From NCBI RefSeq assembly GCF_050920415.1, contig NZ_CP169309.1: 64,000 nucleotides of DNA. The stretch is one strand, 5' to 3'. The notes under the pieces were generated by a model. The model made no database searches and was not told the DNA's origin. It saw only the letters and a list, made by a program, of their open reading frames with translations. This document shows positions 54,196 through 64,000 of this stretch, one piece after another. The DNA comes from Escherichia coli. Lineage in GTDB: Bacteria; Pseudomonadota; Gammaproteobacteria; Enterobacterales; Enterobacteriaceae. Made by a program: the position numbers and the translations under genes. Position 1 is the first letter of the stretch. Every line of letters begins with the position of its first letter.

Positions 54196-55245
54196 ATGAA
54201 AATCAGTCGGGAAACACTCCACCAGCTAATCGAGAATAAACTCTGCCAGGCTGGGTTAAAACGTGAGCACGCTGCAACCGTGGCTGAAGTATTGGTTTAC
54301 GCCGATGCCAGAGGGATCCACTCTCATGGCGCGGTGCGCGTTGAATACTACGCAGAGCGCATATAAAAAGGCGGCACCAACCGCGAACCAGAGTTTCGTC
54401 TTGAAGAAACCGGACCGTGCTCGGCAATTTTACATGCCGACAATGCCGCCGGACAGGTCGCGGCAAAAATGGGTATGGAACATGCCATCAAAACCGCCCA
54501 GCAAAAAGGCGTTGCGGTGGTCGGTATCAGCCGGATGGGTCACAGCGGCGCAATCTCTTATTTTGTGCAGCAGGCAGCCCGCGCCGGATTGATTGGCATT
54601 TCGATGTGCCAGTCCGATCCAATGGTGGTGCCGTTTGGCGGCGCGGAAATTTACTACGGCACTAACCCACTGGCCTTTGCCGCGCCGGGAGAAGGCGACG
54701 AGATTCTTACTTTTGATATGGCGACTACCGTACAGGCGTGGGGGAAAGTTCTCGATGCACGCTCGCGCAATATGTCTATCCCGGATACTTGGGCGGTCGA
54801 TAAAAACGGTGCACCAACAACCGATCCCTTCGCGGTTAACGCCCTGCTCCCGGCTGCCGGACCGAAAGGTTATGGCCTGATGATGATGATCGACGTCCTC
54901 TCAGGCGTCTTACTCGGCTTACCGTTCGGGCGTCAGGTCAGTTCGATGTATGACGATTTACACGCCGGACGTAATTTGGGGCAATTACATGTAGTTATTA
55001 ATCCGAACTTTTTCTCCTCCAGCGAATTATTCCGTCAACATCTTAGCCAGACCATGCGCGAATTAAATGCCATTACCCCCGCGCCCGGTTTTAACCAGGT
55101 TTATTATCCCGGACAGGATCAGGATATTAAACAACACAAAACCGCCGTCGAAGGTATCGAAATTGTTGATGATATTTACCAGTATTTAATTTCCGACGCG
55201 CTTTATAACACGTCATACGAAACGAAAAATCCCTTTGCGCAATAA
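54196..55245 (+). pseudogene. allD: ureidoglycolate dehydrogenase gene allD interrupted by an in-frame TAA at codon 57 (54364-54366)
   Basis: ATG 54196 reads MKISRETLHQLIENKLCQAGLKREHAATVAEVLVYADARGIHSHGAVRVEYYAERI-TAA-KGGTNREPEFRLEETGPCSAILHADNAAGQVAAK and continues in the same frame into the 258-aa track ORF 54469-55245; total 349 codons; the stop is confirmed by the antisense track ORF reading ...LFI... across it. Confidence 0.75.
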
Positions 55246-55266
55246 TTGTTGAGACAGGACTTTCTT

Positions 55267-56502
55267 ATGATTACACATTTCCGTCAAGCCATAGAAGAAA
55301 CGCTGCCCTGGCTTTCCTCTTTTGGCGCTGACCCAACGGGTGGAATGACCCGTTTACTTTATTCGCCGGAGTGGCTGGAAACCCAGCAGCAATTTAAAAA
55401 AAGAATGGCAGCAAGTGGGCTGGAAACACGTTTCGATGAAGTGGGGAATTTATACGGCCGCCTGAACGGCAGCGAATACCCCCAGGAAGTGATTCTGAGC
55501 GGTTCGCATATTGATACCGTGGTTAACGGCGGTAACCTCGACGGACAATTCGGCGCACTGGCGGCGTGGCTGGCGATTGACTGGCTGAAAACGCAATACG
55601 GCGCGCCGCTGCGAACGGTCGAAGTGGTGGCAATGGCGGAAGAAGAAGGCAGCCGCTTCCCGTATGTCTTCTGGGGCAGTAAAAATATCTTTGGGCTGGC
55701 GAATCCTGACGACGTGCGGAATATCTGTGATGCCAAAGGAAATAGTTTTGTCGATGCAATGAAGGCTTGCGGATTTACTCTGCCGAACGCCCCACTAACT
55801 CCGCGTCAGGATATTAAAGCCTTTGTCGAACTGCATATCGAACAGGGCTGTGTGCTGGAAAGTAATGGGCAGTCAATTGGCGTGGTGAATGCAATTGTCG
55901 GGCAACGTCGCTATACGGTGACGCTGAACGGCGAATCAAACCATGCAGGCACCACGCCGATGGGTTATCGTCGTGATACGGTTTACGCTTTCAGTCGCAT
56001 TTGCCATCAGTCAGTTGAGAAAGCGAAAAAGATGGGCGATCCGCTGGTGCTGACCTTTGGCAAGGTGGAGCCGCGCCCGAATACGGTGAATGTAGTGCCG
56101 GGTAAAACCACGTTCACCATTGATTGTCGTCATACCGACACTGCCATGTTGCGCGATTTTACCCAACAGTTAGAAAACGACATGCGGGCGATTTGCGATG
56201 AAATGGACATTGGTATTGATATCGATTTATGGATGGACGAAGAACCCGTGCCGATGAACAAGGAGCTTGTCGCCACCCTGACAGAATTGTGTGAAAGCGA
56301 AAAACTGAATTATCGGGTAATGCACAGTGGTGCCGGGCACGACGCACAAATTTTCGCGCCTCGCGTGCCGACCTGCATAATTTTCATTCCCAGCATCAAC
56401 GGGATCAGCCATAACCCGGCGGAACGCACCAATATTACCGACCTTGCCGAAGGGGTCAAAACGTTGGCACTCATGCTTTATCAACTTGCCTGGCAGAAAT
56501 AA
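55267..56502 (+). CDS. allC: allantoate amidohydrolase
   Basis: Track ORF 55246-56502; start at internal Met gives 411 aa MITHFRQAIEETLPWLSSFGADPTGGMTRLLYSPEWLETQQQFKK... Confidence 0.9.
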   Translation: MITHFRQAIEETLPWLSSFGADPTGGMTRLLYSPEWLETQQQFKKRMAASGLETRFDEVGNLYGRLNGSEYPQEVILSGSHIDTVVNGGNLDGQFGALAAWLAIDWLKTQYGAPLRTVEVVAMAEEEGSRFPYVFWGSKNIFGLANPDDVRNICDAKGNSFVDAMKACGFTLPNAPLTPRQDIKAFVELHIEQGCVLESNGQSIGVVNAIVGQRRYTVTLNGESNHAGTTPMGYRRDTVYAFSRICHQSVEKAKKMGDPLVLTFGKVEPRPNTVNVVPGKTTFTIDCRHTDTAMLRDFTQQLENDMRAICDEMDIGIDIDLWMDEEPVPMNKELVATLTELCESEKLNYRVMHSGAGHDAQIFAPRVPTCIIFIPSINGISHNPAERTNITDLAEGVKTLALMLYQLAWQK

Positions 56503-56512
56503 GGAGTTATAA

Positions 56513-57298
56513 ATGGGATATTTAAATAACGTCACCGGTTACCGCGATGATTTACTGGCTAACCGTGCGATTGTTAAACACGGTAATTTCGCGCTGCTAA
56601 CCCCGGACGGTCTGGTAAAAAATATTATTCCGGGCTTTGAAAATTGTGACGCGACAATCCTCTCCACGCCAAAGCTGGGGGCCTCTTTTGTTGATTATCT
56701 GGTCACACTGCATCAAAACGGCGGCAACCAACAGGGCTTCGGTGGTGAAGGAATTGAAACGTTCCTGTATGTGATTTCTGGAAATATCACTGCCAAAGCC
56801 GAAGGGAAAACATTTACCTTAAGCGAAGGTGGCTATCTTTATTGCCCGCCGGGTTCCTTAATGACGTTTGTTAATGCTCAGGCCGAAGACAGCCAAATAT
56901 TCTTGTATAAGCGCCGCTATGTTCCGGTAGAAGGCCATGCGCCGTGGCTGGTTTCTGGCAATGCCAGCGAACTGGAACGCATTCACTATGAAGGTATGGA
57001 CGATGTGATCTTGCTGGACTTCCTGCCCAAAGAGTTAGGTTTTGATATGAACATGCATATCCTCTCTTTTGCGCCAGGTGCCAGCCACGGTTATATCGAA
57101 ACTCACGTCCAGGAACACGGTGCCTATATTCTTTCCGGTCAGGGGGTTTATAACCTCGACAATAACTGGATCCCGGTGAAAAAAGGCGATTACATCTTTA
57201 TGGGCGCTTATTCCTTACAGGCCGGTTATGGCGTAGGGCGTGGTGAAGCGTTTAGTTATATTTATTCGAAGGATTGTAACCGCGACGTTGAGATTTAA
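56513..57298 (+). CDS. allE: (S)-ureidoglycine aminohydrolase (cupin)
   Basis: Track ORF 261 aa MGYLNNVTGYRDDLLANRAIVKHGNFALLTPDGLVKNIIPGFENCDATIL... Confidence 0.9.
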   Translation: MGYLNNVTGYRDDLLANRAIVKHGNFALLTPDGLVKNIIPGFENCDATILSTPKLGASFVDYLVTLHQNGGNQQGFGGEGIETFLYVISGNITAKAEGKTFTLSEGGYLYCPPGSLMTFVNAQAEDSQIFLYKRRYVPVEGHAPWLVSGNASELERIHYEGMDDVILLDFLPKELGFDMNMHILSFAPGASHGYIETHVQEHGAYILSGQGVYNLDNNWIPVKKGDYIFMGAYSLQAGYGVGRGEAFSYIYSKDCNRDVEI

Positions 57299-57340
57299 GT
57301 CATACCACACGCCTGATTATTTTTAGCTATGTTGGATTTT

Positions 57341-57367
57341 GCCACGGTTTATACCGTGGCTTTTTTT
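57341..57367 (+). terminator. putative rho-independent terminator after allE
   Basis: GCCACGGTTTATACCGTGGC followed by TTTTTTT. Confidence 0.6.
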
Positions 57368-57382
57368 GTAGTCAATTCAGGT

Positions 57383-57410
57383 AAAAAAAAGATGCGATAT
57401 AAATCGCATC
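57383..57410 (-). terminator. putative rho-independent terminator after glxK (convergent)
   Basis: Minus strand: GATGCGATTTATATCGCATC followed by TTTTTTTTACC. Confidence 0.55.
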
Positions 57411-57427
57411 CGCTTTAAAGGTAAGAG

Positions 57428-58573
57428 TCAGTTTTTAATTCCCTGACCTATTTTAATGGCGCAGGCAATATTTCGCGCACTGTTGAAGAGATTGGTTTCA
57501 CCGCTGGCGAGCACTTCGGCTAAAGGTGCCAGACGTGGCAAAATGCTGAATACCGCGTCAATGCCGTACTGGTGCACCACTTCCACGCCATCACCCAATA
57601 CACCAGCAATCCCAACCACCGGGACATTAAACTGCTTCGCCACCGACGCCACACCCAGCGGCGCTTTACCGCCTGCCGTTTGCGAGTCGATGCGCCCTTC
57701 CCCGGTGATCACCAGTGCTGCACCCTGCACCGCCTGCGCAAGATTGACCGCATTCAACACAATCTCAATACCCGGTTTAATATCCGCATTGAGGAATACC
57801 GCCGCCGCAATGCCCATACCGCCCGCCGCACCGCCGCCCGCCATCTGGCAGACGTTGATTTCAGTTAGCTGTTGTAAAACACGGGCGTAATTTTGCAGCC
57901 CCTGTTCCAGCTCTTCGACCATTTCTGGCGTTGCCCCTTTTTGCGGGCCAAACACCGCCGCCGCGCCGCGTGCCCCTACCAACGGATTATCTACATCGCA
58001 CGCTACTTCAATATGGCAGTTCGCCAGGCGCGGATCGCACTCCTCCATCTCAATGCTTGCCACGCGCGCTAAATTGCCACCGTTAGCCGCCAGCGCCTGA
58101 CCGTCGGCATCAAGGAAACTCGCACCAAGCGCCTGCGCCATGCCCATACCGCCGTCGACCGTCGCGCTACCACCAATGCCGAGAATAATATGGCGAATAT
58201 CGTTATCCAGCGCATGGCGAATTAACTCCCCCGTACCAAAACTGGAGGCCAGCAACGGATTACGCTTTTCAGGCTCGACCAGCATCAGGCCACTTGCCGC
58301 CGCCATCTCAATCACCGCCGTTTTCCCGTCGCCGGTAAGGCCATAAAAAGCATTCACTGTTTCCCCCGTCGGCCCACAGACTTCAAGCGTCACGATTTTG
58401 CCGCCCGTCGCTGCGACCATCGCATCCACCGTTCCTTCGCCGCCATCCGCTATCGGCAAACAGATATAGTGCGCATCGGGAAATATGGTCGAAAACCCGG
58501 CTTTAATTGCCTGACAACATTTTTCTGCACTTAAGCTCTCTTTAAACGAGTCTGGCGCAATGACAATCTTCAT
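57428..58573 (-). CDS. glxK: glycerate 2-kinase
   Basis: Track ORF 57428-58579; start at [48 protein letters not shown]... (381 aa). Confidence 0.9.
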   Translation of the reverse strand: MKIVIAPDSFKESLSAEKCCQAIKAGFSTIFPDAHYICLPIADGGEGTVDAMVAATGGKIVTLEVCGPTGETVNAFYGLTGDGKTAVIEMAAASGLMLVEPEKRNPLLASSFGTGELIRHALDNDIRHIILGIGGSATVDGGMGMAQALGASFLDADGQALAANGGNLARVASIEMEECDPRLANCHIEVACDVDNPLVGARGAAAVFGPQKGATPEMVEELEQGLQNYARVLQQLTEINVCQMAGGGAAGGMGIAAAVFLNADIKPGIEIVLNAVNLAQAVQGAALVITGEGRIDSQTAGGKAPLGVASVAKQFNVPVVGIAGVLGDGVEVVHQYGIDAVFSILPRLAPLAEVLASGETNLFNSARNIACAIKIGQGIKN

Positions 58574-58594
58574 TATCAATCCTTTTTCAACAAA

Positions 58595-59902
58595 TTATTC
58601 GATGCGTTCCCACGGAATAAGATTATCCATAAGAACAGCCAGTAAAATTCCGACCAGTAAGCCGTTACTGAGCAGAGGACGAAGCGTTAATGGAAGGTCT
58701 TGCAGATACACAGGCGGTAATGCCATTAAAAATATGCCGACAAATAACGGCAATGCGAGTCGATAAATATTGCGAGCGGTAAACGTTATTTGCTGACTAA
58801 ACACCAGCGCGGAAAAGAGTAAAGGCAGATAAGAAACCAGCATGACCGCGCTACTCACTGGTAAGGGGATACTGCAAAACAGTCGCGTGAATGCCGGAAC
58901 CAGTGCCACCAGCAGGCAAATAACGCTGCCATAAATAAACGAACGCCGCGTGTAATCGCCAGTCTGGGTTAATAAACCAATGGATGAAACGAACGGTGAA
59001 AATGGAATTACCGCCAACGGCACGGTTATCAGCGTCATAAATCCGGTCGCCACAAAGCTGCGCCGGTAACGCGAATTCCCCGCGCCCTGTTGCGGATAAA
59101 AAACATCCGTTCCGCGAATCGCACCGTAGGTATTACTGATATTTACCAGACCTGTAATCACCGCCGTCAGAATAATCCCCGGCGACAAAGCACCGCCACT
59201 GCCGAGCGGGAACCACTGCCAGTGCAACTCACCGGAGAGCGAATGCGAAGAAGGAAAGCAAAAGTACCACAACAACCAGCCGGTTATGGTACCGACCAGC
59301 AGGCCATAACGGGCAAAACGTTGCGGCAGGAAGATAATCATCGCCAGTACCAGGCACATCACCGCCACCGAGAGCGCGAACGGCGGTAACTGAATTTTAA
59401 AATTCGGGTCGGCTATGCCAAACGGCAGGCCGAGCATACCTTTGAAAAAGATAGTGGTCAGCTGCGCGCCCAGCATCAACATAAACAAGACCATCACAGA
59501 CGGCGTAAATAACCACGCCAGGCGATGACCTAATCCGCTAAAACCAATCAACATCGTCAGCACGCCAGAGAGCGCAATTCCCACCGCCAGGCTGGTAGCA
59601 ATATCGTTGATCGGTGTCCCGCGCGATGCTTCGCCAAGGGTGATAGTAAGGATGGTTCCCCACCACAGGCCACCCGGCCCTTCCATAATAGCGCGACGAT
59701 GACCGCAGAACGCCTGAGCGAAGCAGGCCAGTGCGGTAGCAAGAAAAGCATATTGCGTGAGCGTAAGCAGGCTACTTTGCGGCAACTGAAAAGCAGAAAG
59801 TAGCGTAGGAGGAACCACAACAGTGTTGCAAAAAATAAAGAAAAACCACTGAAATCCTGATAACAGGCTTTCGCGGCTGACTGCAAAATTGAACATAAAC
59901 AC
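58595..59902 (-). CDS. ybbY: putative purine permease (nucleobase:cation symporter-2 family)
   Basis: Track ORF 435 aa, multi-TM, MFMFNFAVSRESLLSGFQWFFFIFCNTVVVPPTLLSAFQLPQSS... Confidence 0.85.
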   Translation of the reverse strand: MFMFNFAVSRESLLSGFQWFFFIFCNTVVVPPTLLSAFQLPQSSLLTLTQYAFLATALACFAQAFCGHRRAIMEGPGGLWWGTILTITLGEASRGTPINDIATSLAVGIALSGVLTMLIGFSGLGHRLAWLFTPSVMVLFMLMLGAQLTTIFFKGMLGLPFGIADPNFKIQLPPFALSVAVMCLVLAMIIFLPQRFARYGLLVGTITGWLLWYFCFPSSHSLSGELHWQWFPLGSGGALSPGIILTAVITGLVNISNTYGAIRGTDVFYPQQGAGNSRYRRSFVATGFMTLITVPLAVIPFSPFVSSIGLLTQTGDYTRRSFIYGSVICLLVALVPAFTRLFCSIPLPVSSAVMLVSYLPLLFSALVFSQQITFTARNIYRLALPLFVGIFLMALPPVYLQDLPLTLRPLLSNGLLVGILLAVLMDNLIPWERIE

Positions 59903-59952
59903 ACCTTAACCGGAGAATGCCCGCCGCAAGGACGGGCATTGCAGGGGCCAGA

Positions 59953-61314
59953 TTACTGCTGATGTTTAAGGATAAATTGACCTTTCGGCGCAACAGGGAA
60001 GCCCTGTTCGATGTCGTAAATCACATCACCACGTAAGAGGGTTTTCGTGATACGCGCGCCAATGGTACGGCCAACATACGGGCTGACTTTGTGGCGATAT
60101 TCCAGATCGTCATTGGTAAGAACATAGCTGCTATTCGGCTGAATGAAGACGAAGTCGGCATCTTTTCCTGGGGCGATCCGGCCTTTTTGCTGCAAACCGA
60201 AAATATCTGCTGCGTTAGTTGCCATTAATTTGCCGAACATCGGCAGAGACATACCACGTTTCTGTACTGCTTCATCGAACATCACGTCCATGCAGCTTTG
60301 CAGACCGGCGATACCGCCCCATGCTTTCATGATGTTGCCTGCTTTCATTTCCGGCGGGCATGGAGAGTGGTCGGAAACCAGGCAGTCGATTTCACCGTTA
60401 AACAGTTTTTCCCACATGCCTTTCTGGTTTTCCAGATCGCGGATCGGTGGTGAACACTTCGCCAGAGTACCGATTTCTTCGAACTGATCGGTATCCAGTA
60501 CAAAGTAATGCGGGCAGGATTCACAGGTAACGTCCTGGCCTTCCTGACGCGCACGAGTCACCTCTTCAACACCTTCCGGGCTGCTGATGTGGCAAACGTG
60601 CAGACGGCAACCGGCGACTTTCGCCAGGTACAGTACGCGGCGAATCGCTTCCACTTCGGTAAACACCGGACGCGAAGCCACATAGTCATGAGCGGTTACG
60701 CGACCTTCGCGCTTCGCTTCTTCGCCCAGTTCGTCACAGATCAGCGCATTTTCGCAGTGCACCAGCACTGGCTGACCCAGTTCGCCCAGCTTCTGTGCGC
60801 CTTTGAAAAACTGCCAGTCGTTTACGTCACGGAAGTCGTTGTCGATACCGCGATCGCCACAGGTTGCAACGAAGCATTTGAAGCCGACAACGCCCACTTC
60901 ATCCAGCTCATGCAGACGGTCGATGTTGTAAGACACCAGGCCACCGAGTTGCGCCGCATCGATAGTCAGCTTGCCTTTAGCGGCATCAAACTTCAGTTCA
61001 ATCGATGCGCGGTCAACCGTTGCAGGCAGCTGGTTGAGCGGCATTTCGATCATGGTGGTGATACCCCCTTTTGCCGCTGCGCGAGTACCCGTTTCATAAC
61101 CTTCCCAGTGGCTACGACCCGGTTCAGAAATATGGGTGTGCGCATCAACCATGCCTGGCGAAACCACCAGACCAGACGCATCCATAACTTCTTTTGCATC
61201 GCCCAGATCCTGACCGATAGCAGCAATTTTTCCGCCTTTAACGGCGATATCTACAACGCGAGCTTCGTTTTCTAAAATAACGGTGCCGTTTTTAATGATT
61301 AAATCAAAAGACAT
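59953..61314 (-). CDS. allB: allantoinase
   Basis: Track ORF 59953-61362; start at internal Met gives 453 aa [61 protein letters not shown]... Confidence 0.9.
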   Translation of the reverse strand: MSFDLIIKNGTVILENEARVVDIAVKGGKIAAIGQDLGDAKEVMDASGLVVSPGMVDAHTHISEPGRSHWEGYETGTRAAAKGGITTMIEMPLNQLPATVDRASIELKFDAAKGKLTIDAAQLGGLVSYNIDRLHELDEVGVVGFKCFVATCGDRGIDNDFRDVNDWQFFKGAQKLGELGQPVLVHCENALICDELGEEAKREGRVTAHDYVASRPVFTEVEAIRRVLYLAKVAGCRLHVCHISSPEGVEEVTRARQEGQDVTCESCPHYFVLDTDQFEEIGTLAKCSPPIRDLENQKGMWEKLFNGEIDCLVSDHSPCPPEMKAGNIMKAWGGIAGLQSCMDVMFDEAVQKRGMSLPMFGKLMATNAADIFGLQQKGRIAPGKDADFVFIQPNSSYVLTNDDLEYRHKVSPYVGRTIGARITKTLLRGDVIYDIEQGFPVAPKGQFILKHQQ

Positions 61315-61374
61315 AACAAACTCCTTGTAAAATACAGATTGGTTTTTTAACTCAATGTTCAATATCGGGATTAA

Positions 61375-62829
61375 TTAACCTGTGACTTTTTGTTCTCCTG
61401 TTTTTTCTGCTGCAGTACGTTTCTTTAATAAGGCGTAGGCCGCAAAGGCGACAATAACGCCGACAAACCATGAAATGCGTGATAAAGGCTCCATGAACGG
61501 AATAAATTTACCACCGAGAGATAAAATAACGGCGACCAAAGTTACTGAGAACGCGGTGAGGTTAAAGCCGTTATCATAATATTTATAATCGCCTGCTGCG
61601 GTGTACAGCTCATCAAGATTAATTTGCCCACGCATCACCACAAAATAATGCGCCATCATCACACCAATGACCGGACCAAGCATTCCGCCGATAATATCGA
61701 GGAACAGATAAATACTGTCCTGATTTTCCATTAACTTCCACGGGCAGATCAGCAGGCTAATAATACTGGCAATCAGTACGCCATTTTTATAAGTCAGTTT
61801 CGTCGGCGCAATAGCGGCAATCTGATATCCGGCTGGAATAATATTACCGGTGGCATTAGTGGAAATGGTCGTCATCAGAATAACCAGTACCGCAAAGAAC
61901 GAGGCAAACAGGCTATCCCAACGCTGAACAATATCCAGCACGTTCCAGGTGTCAGCGCCGTAGTGAATACTGGCTCCGGCAATAATACATACCCCGGCGA
62001 CCGCAAACAGAATATAGGCCACAACTAAACCCAGCGTTTGCCCCAGCGCCTGCTCACGAAACGAGTGGGCGTTTTGCGTAAAGTCGGATGCGCTCACCGC
62101 CGGTGCCGCCCAGACCGCAACCACCGCGTTGATCACCACCAAAAACAGGAAGCCACTGTTTTCTGCTTTCTGAATACCGCTCGGGATGTAGTCAAAGATG
62201 GGACCAATCCCGACGAGCGAAATCGCCCAAATTGCCATGCCGCCGAAAACGATATAGATACACGGATTAAGAATAGCGGTGAATTTATTTAAAACTTTGC
62301 CACCACCGAAACCGATTCCGACGTTCACCAGCCAGAAGAGTACGAAAGTGATTAAGCCCGGTAGAGAAAGCCCTAACAGGGTAAAATCACCACCGAGAGT
62401 TAAAAATCCCGGCCAGATTTTGCCAATCAGGATCAAGCAGGCCAGCGATCCGGCGTAACATTGCAGGCCAAACCACATAATGGCAGCAATCCCGCCTCTT
62501 AATAATCCGGGAAACAGTGCACCACGTACGCCGTAAGAAGCACGCAGGATCATGGCAAACGGTACGCCGTATTTACTGCCCGTAGCACCGTTTAATACCA
62601 TTACCGCGGCAATGAAAAAGGCACTGAGGATAATTGCCAGCATAATACTAAAGGTAGACAAGCCGAGAATAAAAAAGCCGCCAACCATCACATAATTGGG
62701 AACGTTATGAACCGAACCCATCCATAAGGTAAAATAGTTAAATGTTTTCCAGGTCCGCTGGCTTTGCGTTTTCGGCAATAGATCTTCGCTATAGCCGCGT
62801 TGCTGGAATAGTTTTCTCTGATGTTCCAT
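61375..62829 (-). CDS. allP: allantoin permease (NCS1 family)
   Basis: Track ORF 484 aa MEHQRKLFQQRGYSEDLLPKTQSQRTWKTFNYFTLWMGSVHNVPNYVMVGG... Confidence 0.9.
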   Translation of the reverse strand: MEHQRKLFQQRGYSEDLLPKTQSQRTWKTFNYFTLWMGSVHNVPNYVMVGGFFILGLSTFSIMLAIILSAFFIAAVMVLNGATGSKYGVPFAMILRASYGVRGALFPGLLRGGIAAIMWFGLQCYAGSLACLILIGKIWPGFLTLGGDFTLLGLSLPGLITFVLFWLVNVGIGFGGGKVLNKFTAILNPCIYIVFGGMAIWAISLVGIGPIFDYIPSGIQKAENSGFLFLVVINAVVAVWAAPAVSASDFTQNAHSFREQALGQTLGLVVAYILFAVAGVCIIAGASIHYGADTWNVLDIVQRWDSLFASFFAVLVILMTTISTNATGNIIPAGYQIAAIAPTKLTYKNGVLIASIISLLICPWKLMENQDSIYLFLDIIGGMLGPVIGVMMAHYFVVMRGQINLDELYTAAGDYKYYDNGFNLTAFSVTLVAVILSLGGKFIPFMEPLSRISWFVGVIVAFAAYALLKKRTAAEKTGEQKVTG

Positions 62830-62998
62830 AAATCCCTCTTAATTTCACGTATCGAATAACGCTGTTTTTAATCTAGCTATGAGGAACAAATAAAAAACAA
62901 ATATTATTTTAAATACTGAAGCAACATCTTTGGCTGCTTTCTTTTTTAATATTGCTGGCCGATTCATTTTCTGATATCGGCCATTTTTATTGCGGGTA

Positions 62999-63877
62999 TC
63001 AGGCCAGTTTATGGTTAGCCATTAATTCCAGCGCCTGCACTAACGCAGAGTGATCCAACTGGCTGCCACCGTTTGCCGCACAGGTATTAAACAATTCCTG
63101 GCAGGTCGCGGTGTTTGGCAGGTTCAGCGCCAGTGCTTTCGCACTTTGCAGTGCCAGGTTGAGATCTTTCTGGTGCAGCGCAATTTTGAAACCTGGATTA
63201 AAGGTGCGTTTAATCATGCGCTCACCGTGAACTTCCAGAATACGTGAGGAAGCAAAGCCGCCCATCAGCGCCTGGCGCACACGTACCGGATCCGCTCCGG
63301 CTTTTGAAGCAAACAGCAGGGCTTCAGAAACCGCTTCAATATTGAGCGCCACGATAATCTGATTTGCCACTTTGCAGGTCTGGCCGTCGCCGTTACCGCC
63401 CACGAGGGTGATATTTTTACCGAGCAATTCAAACAGCGGTTTAACACGTTCAAATACCGCTTCGTCGCCGCCAACCATAATCGACAACGTCCCTTCACGC
63501 GCGCCGATTTCACCGCCGGAGACGGGCGCATCGAGATAATCGCCGCCCAGTTCATTCACCTGACGAGCGAAACGCTTAGTTTCAATCGGGGAAATGGAGC
63601 TCATATCAACAATGGTTTTGCCCTTCAGCGAGGCTTTGGTACAACCATTTTCACCAAACAGAACTTCTTCAACCTGTGGCGTATCCGGCACCATAATAAA
63701 AATGATGTCCGATGCTTCCGTTACCTGGCGCGCAGTTTCAACACTGACGGCACCCAGTGACAGTAATTCATCAACAACCGGACCAATGGTTGTGACATGC
63801 AGTTGATGACCGGCACGCGCCAGATTAATGGCCATCGGTGTACCCATAATGCCTAAGCCAATAAATCCCAGTTTCAT
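62999..63877 (-). CDS. glxR: tartronate semialdehyde reductase
   Basis: Track ORF 292 aa MKLGFIGLGIMGTPMAINLARAGHQLHVTTIGPVVDELLSLGAVSVETARQV...; Rossmann GxGxxG at N-terminus. Confidence 0.9.
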   Translation of the reverse strand: MKLGFIGLGIMGTPMAINLARAGHQLHVTTIGPVVDELLSLGAVSVETARQVTEASDIIFIMVPDTPQVEEVLFGENGCTKASLKGKTIVDMSSISPIETKRFARQVNELGGDYLDAPVSGGEIGAREGTLSIMVGGDEAVFERVKPLFELLGKNITLVGGNGDGQTCKVANQIIVALNIEAVSEALLFASKAGADPVRVRQALMGGFASSRILEVHGERMIKRTFNPGFKIALHQKDLNLALQSAKALALNLPNTATCQELFNTCAANGGSQLDHSALVQALELMANHKLA

Positions 63878-63976
63878 AATTAACCTCTTTTAAATTTCGA
63901 TTTTCCTGAATTCAGACAACACGATCCCCTGCCAACTTAGCGGCCTAAAAAAGCATTGCCTGAACAGCGTTACGTT

Positions 63977-64000
63977 TTAACGGTACGGATCCATCCAGCG
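63977..64000 (-). CDS. 3' end of an upstream minus-strand gene (by K-12 synteny possibly hydroxypyruvate isomerase hyi); only ~7 codons in window
   Basis: Minus-strand frame reads ...RWMDPYR* with stop at 63977-63979; identity rests on gene order only. Confidence 0.25.
   Translation of the reverse strand, partial: RWMDPYR

Overview
Escherichia coli-type chromosomal segment in two parts. (1) Positions 1 to ~35,725 are the larger part of a lambdoid prophage inserted at the 3' end of tRNA-Arg(UCU) (argU); the window starts inside tail gene I, so J and the distal att site lie off-window. (2) Positions ~35,787 to 64,000 are host DNA in the order argU-fimZ-sfmFHDCA-folD-ybcJ-ybcI-cysS-ppiB-lpxH-purEK-ybcF-ylbF-ylbE-fdrA-allD-allC-allE-glxK-ybbY-allB-allP-glxR. 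The prophage is a mosaic: a lambda-type packaging/head/tail module and cos site (late genes on the minus strand), a phage-21/DLP12-type lysis cassette (S21 pinholin, SAR endolysin, Rz/Rz1) with bor, an intact nmpC-like porin gene, a phage-82/DLP12-type Q and nin region, lambda-type P/ren with a different O/ori, a YdaS/YdaT-type cro-side module with a CI (HTH + S24 peptidase) repressor, and lambda-type gam/bet/exo/int. Most interesting is an accessory island at the ren/ninB junction (22.2-26.3 kb): an AT-rich, oppositely oriented 500-aa gene (N-terminal TM helix, long coiled coil, C-terminal GIY-YIG/T5orf172-like motif) that I propose as a candidate single-gene anti-phage module, next to a cassette (TM protein, Bro-N-like protein, 29-aa hydrophobic micro-ORF) bracketed by ~85-bp direct repeats. 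Other notable points: a lipoprotein gene in the rex position downstream of cI; three single-base frameshifts clustered in tail genes G, T and V (the G one breaks the geometry of the programmed G-T frameshift); and an in-frame TAA stop in host allD. No CRISPR array, rRNA gene or transposase/IS was seen. ORF boundaries come from the supplied track; protein identities rest on my recollection of lambda, DLP12 and E. coli K-12 proteins, with no database search run. Sites I placed by hand may be off by 1-3 bp (my base counting disagreed with the track by 1 nt near 10,741-10,801).
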